Positions 49,733 through 51,612 of a DNA stretch of 51,612 bases are shown here, one piece after another. The notes under the pieces were generated by a model that ran no database searches, was not told where the DNA came from, and saw only the letters and a list, made by a program, of their open reading frames with translations. The translations under genes were made by a program, and so were the position numbers. Positions within the stretch are counted from its first letter, which is position 1. Each line of letters opens with the position of its first letter. Source of the stretch: Spizellomyces punctatus DAOM BR117. Lineage: Eukaryota. Location: NCBI GenBank assembly GCA_000182565.2, contig KQ257450.1, one strand, 5' to 3'.

Positions 49733-51612
49733 ATGCTCAGATCAGCAGGCATGCGACCACAGCGGATAGCTAGGCGCACTTCCACTCGTCTTTGCGTGGT
49801 CCCTGTTGACATTGGGATCGGTTATTTACATGGCCCACTTGTGCCACCTTCAAACAGGATAGCGACTCCCCTTTGTAGATTTCAACAGTACACCACCAAA
49901 AGCACCTTTCCAAGAACAACAGGACCGGCATCGCAGTCGGCAAAACAGCCGTGGATCCGACCGAGAAAGCCAGTCAAGAACAACACACCCAACGACGACA
50001 TATTTCCAGCAGATTTCGAATCTCAGCTTCGCTCTCTTAACTTGCCCGCCTCGATCCCTTATCTCGATTCCCCAGAAACTCAATCGCCATATACATACCA
50101 TGAAGAAGCTACCATAACAATATTTGCCACAAGCGACAGCGGCCATGGATTTGGAGTTGGTAAGGACAACTGGCTTATTGCGGTACCGTCAGTATTGGAA
50201 GGGGAGGAGGTCGTTGTAAAGATTTATCGTGACGGGTTGGGCTTCTCACTTGGAGAACTTGTGAGCGTTCAAAAAGCCAGTGAGTTGAGGACAGATGCAC
50301 AGTGTAAATACTTTGGAAAATGTGGAGGGTGTGGGCTTCAGCACGTGCAATATGAAGAACAGCTGCGAAGGAAACGGCGGACAGTCCTGAGGGCTTTTGC
50401 AAAGTTCGCCACAGAGCTGGGCATACCAGAAACTCAAGACAACGGTCTTGTGTCCTCCGTGATACCGTCACCTCTTCAGTACAACTATCGCACGAAGATG
50501 TCTCCCCACTACGATCGGCGAAGACCCAACGTGCCGCTTGATGGCATTGGGTTCAACGAGCGGGGCCGAAAGTCAATTCTTGATGTTGAGTATTGCGCGA
50601 TAGCGACAAAGGAGATAAATCAGCAATACTCGAGGGCTAGAGCGGCTTTAATAGGACAAGTGTCACCGACAGCCGTCAATGGTGCAACCCTCCTTTTCAG
50701 GCATACCTTGATACCCCCAAGCAATTTGAATGTGAAAGAGCTGCGGAAGGGCCTTGTTGATAAGTGCCATGCTAGCAATGAGACATTGAAAGACGGCGTA
50801 TCTGCAGAATGGCCTCCAAAAACGTTCAAGTCGGCAGCCGTTGTAGCTCATCGAGCGCCCGTTCTTGATGTCGTAAACGGTTATATCTTCCAGTATCCCG
50901 CCAACACCTTTTTCCAAACCAACTCTTCAATCCTTCCACATCTTACCGACTACATTCGCTCCCAGCTTCGCCAGCACAGACATCATCCGAGCTATCCTCC
51001 GCTATCTACCCTTGTTGACGCTTACTGCGGATCTGGTCTTTTTAGTATAACCGCTCACAACGACTTTAGTCGAACGATCGGTATAGAAATCGAAAAAACG
51101 TCTCTTCATTACGCCACTCGCAATGCAAAAGTAAACGAAGCCCGCAATTGCTTCTTCTACGAAGGCGACGTGAAAGCCATTTTCGATAGCCTTCCTGCGT
51201 CACTAAAGTTGGATCCAAATGCGACGGCAGTTATAATTGATCCTCCTAGTAAAGGTTGTGGACACGATTTTTTGAATCAGCTGTTACGTTTCGGGCCCAG
51301 GGTGGTCATATATGTCAGTTGTAATGTAAAATCTCAAGTCGAAGATTTGAGATACTTGATGCGAGGGGCCAGAGCCGGCGTTATCCCACCAGCTACTACC
51401 GGGAAAGATATCGACAACTCCCAAAAACATTCGGAAACAGGAGCTAACAAAACCCTATATGTAGGTGGAAAGAGGATTGAAGTAACGTCGACGGGGGAGT
51501 ACAGGGCTGTGGATGTTACTCGCATTAGCGCAGCAGATGGTGGTGCAAAGATGAGCCCTGGACCATTACGGGCGCCGGTAAAGCTATCGCATAGAGGCAA
51601 TACAACCGTGAA
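49733..51612 (+). CDS. TRM2: tRNA/rRNA (uracil-5)-methyltransferase, Trm2/RlmD family; 3' end lies beyond the window
   Basis: Open frame from the ATG at 49733 (MLRSAGMRPQRIARR) to the window end, so it is missing from the ORF track. TRAM-like region, CKYFGKCGGC, YNYRTK, FFQTN, LVDAYCGSGLF, IIDPP and YVSCN. Confidence 0.88.
   Translation, partial: MLRSAGMRPQRIARRTSTRLCVVPVDIGIGYLHGPLVPPSNRIATPLCRFQQYTTKSTFPRTTGPASQSAKQPWIRPRKPVKNNTPNDDIFPADFESQLRSLNLPASIPYLDSPETQSPYTYHEEATITIFATSDSGHGFGVGKDNWLIAVPSVLEGEEVVVKIYRDGLGFSLGELVSVQKASELRTDAQCKYFGKCGGCGLQHVQYEEQLRRKRRTVLRAFAKFATELGIPETQDNGLVSSVIPSPLQYNYRTKMSPHYDRRRPNVPLDGIGFNERGRKSILDVEYCAIATKEINQQYSRARAALIGQVSPTAVNGATLLFRHTLIPPSNLNVKELRKGLVDKCHASNETLKDGVSAEWPPKTFKSAAVVAHRAPVLDVVNGYIFQYPANTFFQTNSSILPHLTDYIRSQLRQHRHHPSYPPLSTLVDAYCGSGLFSITAHNDFSRTIGIEIEKTSLHYATRNAKVNEARNCFFYEGDVKAIFDSLPASLKLDPNATAVIIDPPSKGCGHDFLNQLLRFGPRVVIYVSCNVKSQVEDLRYLMRGARAGVIPPATTGKDIDNSQKHSETGANKTLYVGGKRIEVTSTGEYRAVDVTRISAADGGAKMSPGPLRAPVKLSHRGNTTV

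Overview
Gene-dense eukaryotic nuclear DNA with short (mostly about 55-90 nt) spliceosomal introns. The gene content is fungal (DUR3, RAD7, C1-THF synthase, CE4 deacetylase, Kin1/MARK). It also includes flagellar and centriolar genes (MORN3-like, STIL-like), which points to a zoosporic, chytrid-type fungus; this assignment is an inference. About 20 protein-coding genes were reconstructed by hand from splice signals, plus an initiator tRNA-Met and two assembly gaps. The most notable observations are: (1) a secreted multi-module repeat protein in which acidic spacers ending in AGG separate Asn/Gln/Lys-rich and Gly/Tyr-rich cassettes with KK sites (candidate peptide precursor, or amyloid/wall protein); (2) a TATA-driven, intron-bearing unit at about 3.2-3.75 kb with only a 34-codon ORF and extensive, mutually exclusive base-pairing (candidate structured ncRNA); (3) a complete STIL/Ana2/SAS-5-like centriole protein; (4) a GPI-type chitin deacetylase carrying a bacterial-style EICDGIDNDGDG motif; (5) a CBM2-like secreted protein; (6) an atypical Ras-like GTPase; and (7) a meiotic RNF212/Zip3-like RING protein. 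All family calls come from motif recognition, not database searches.
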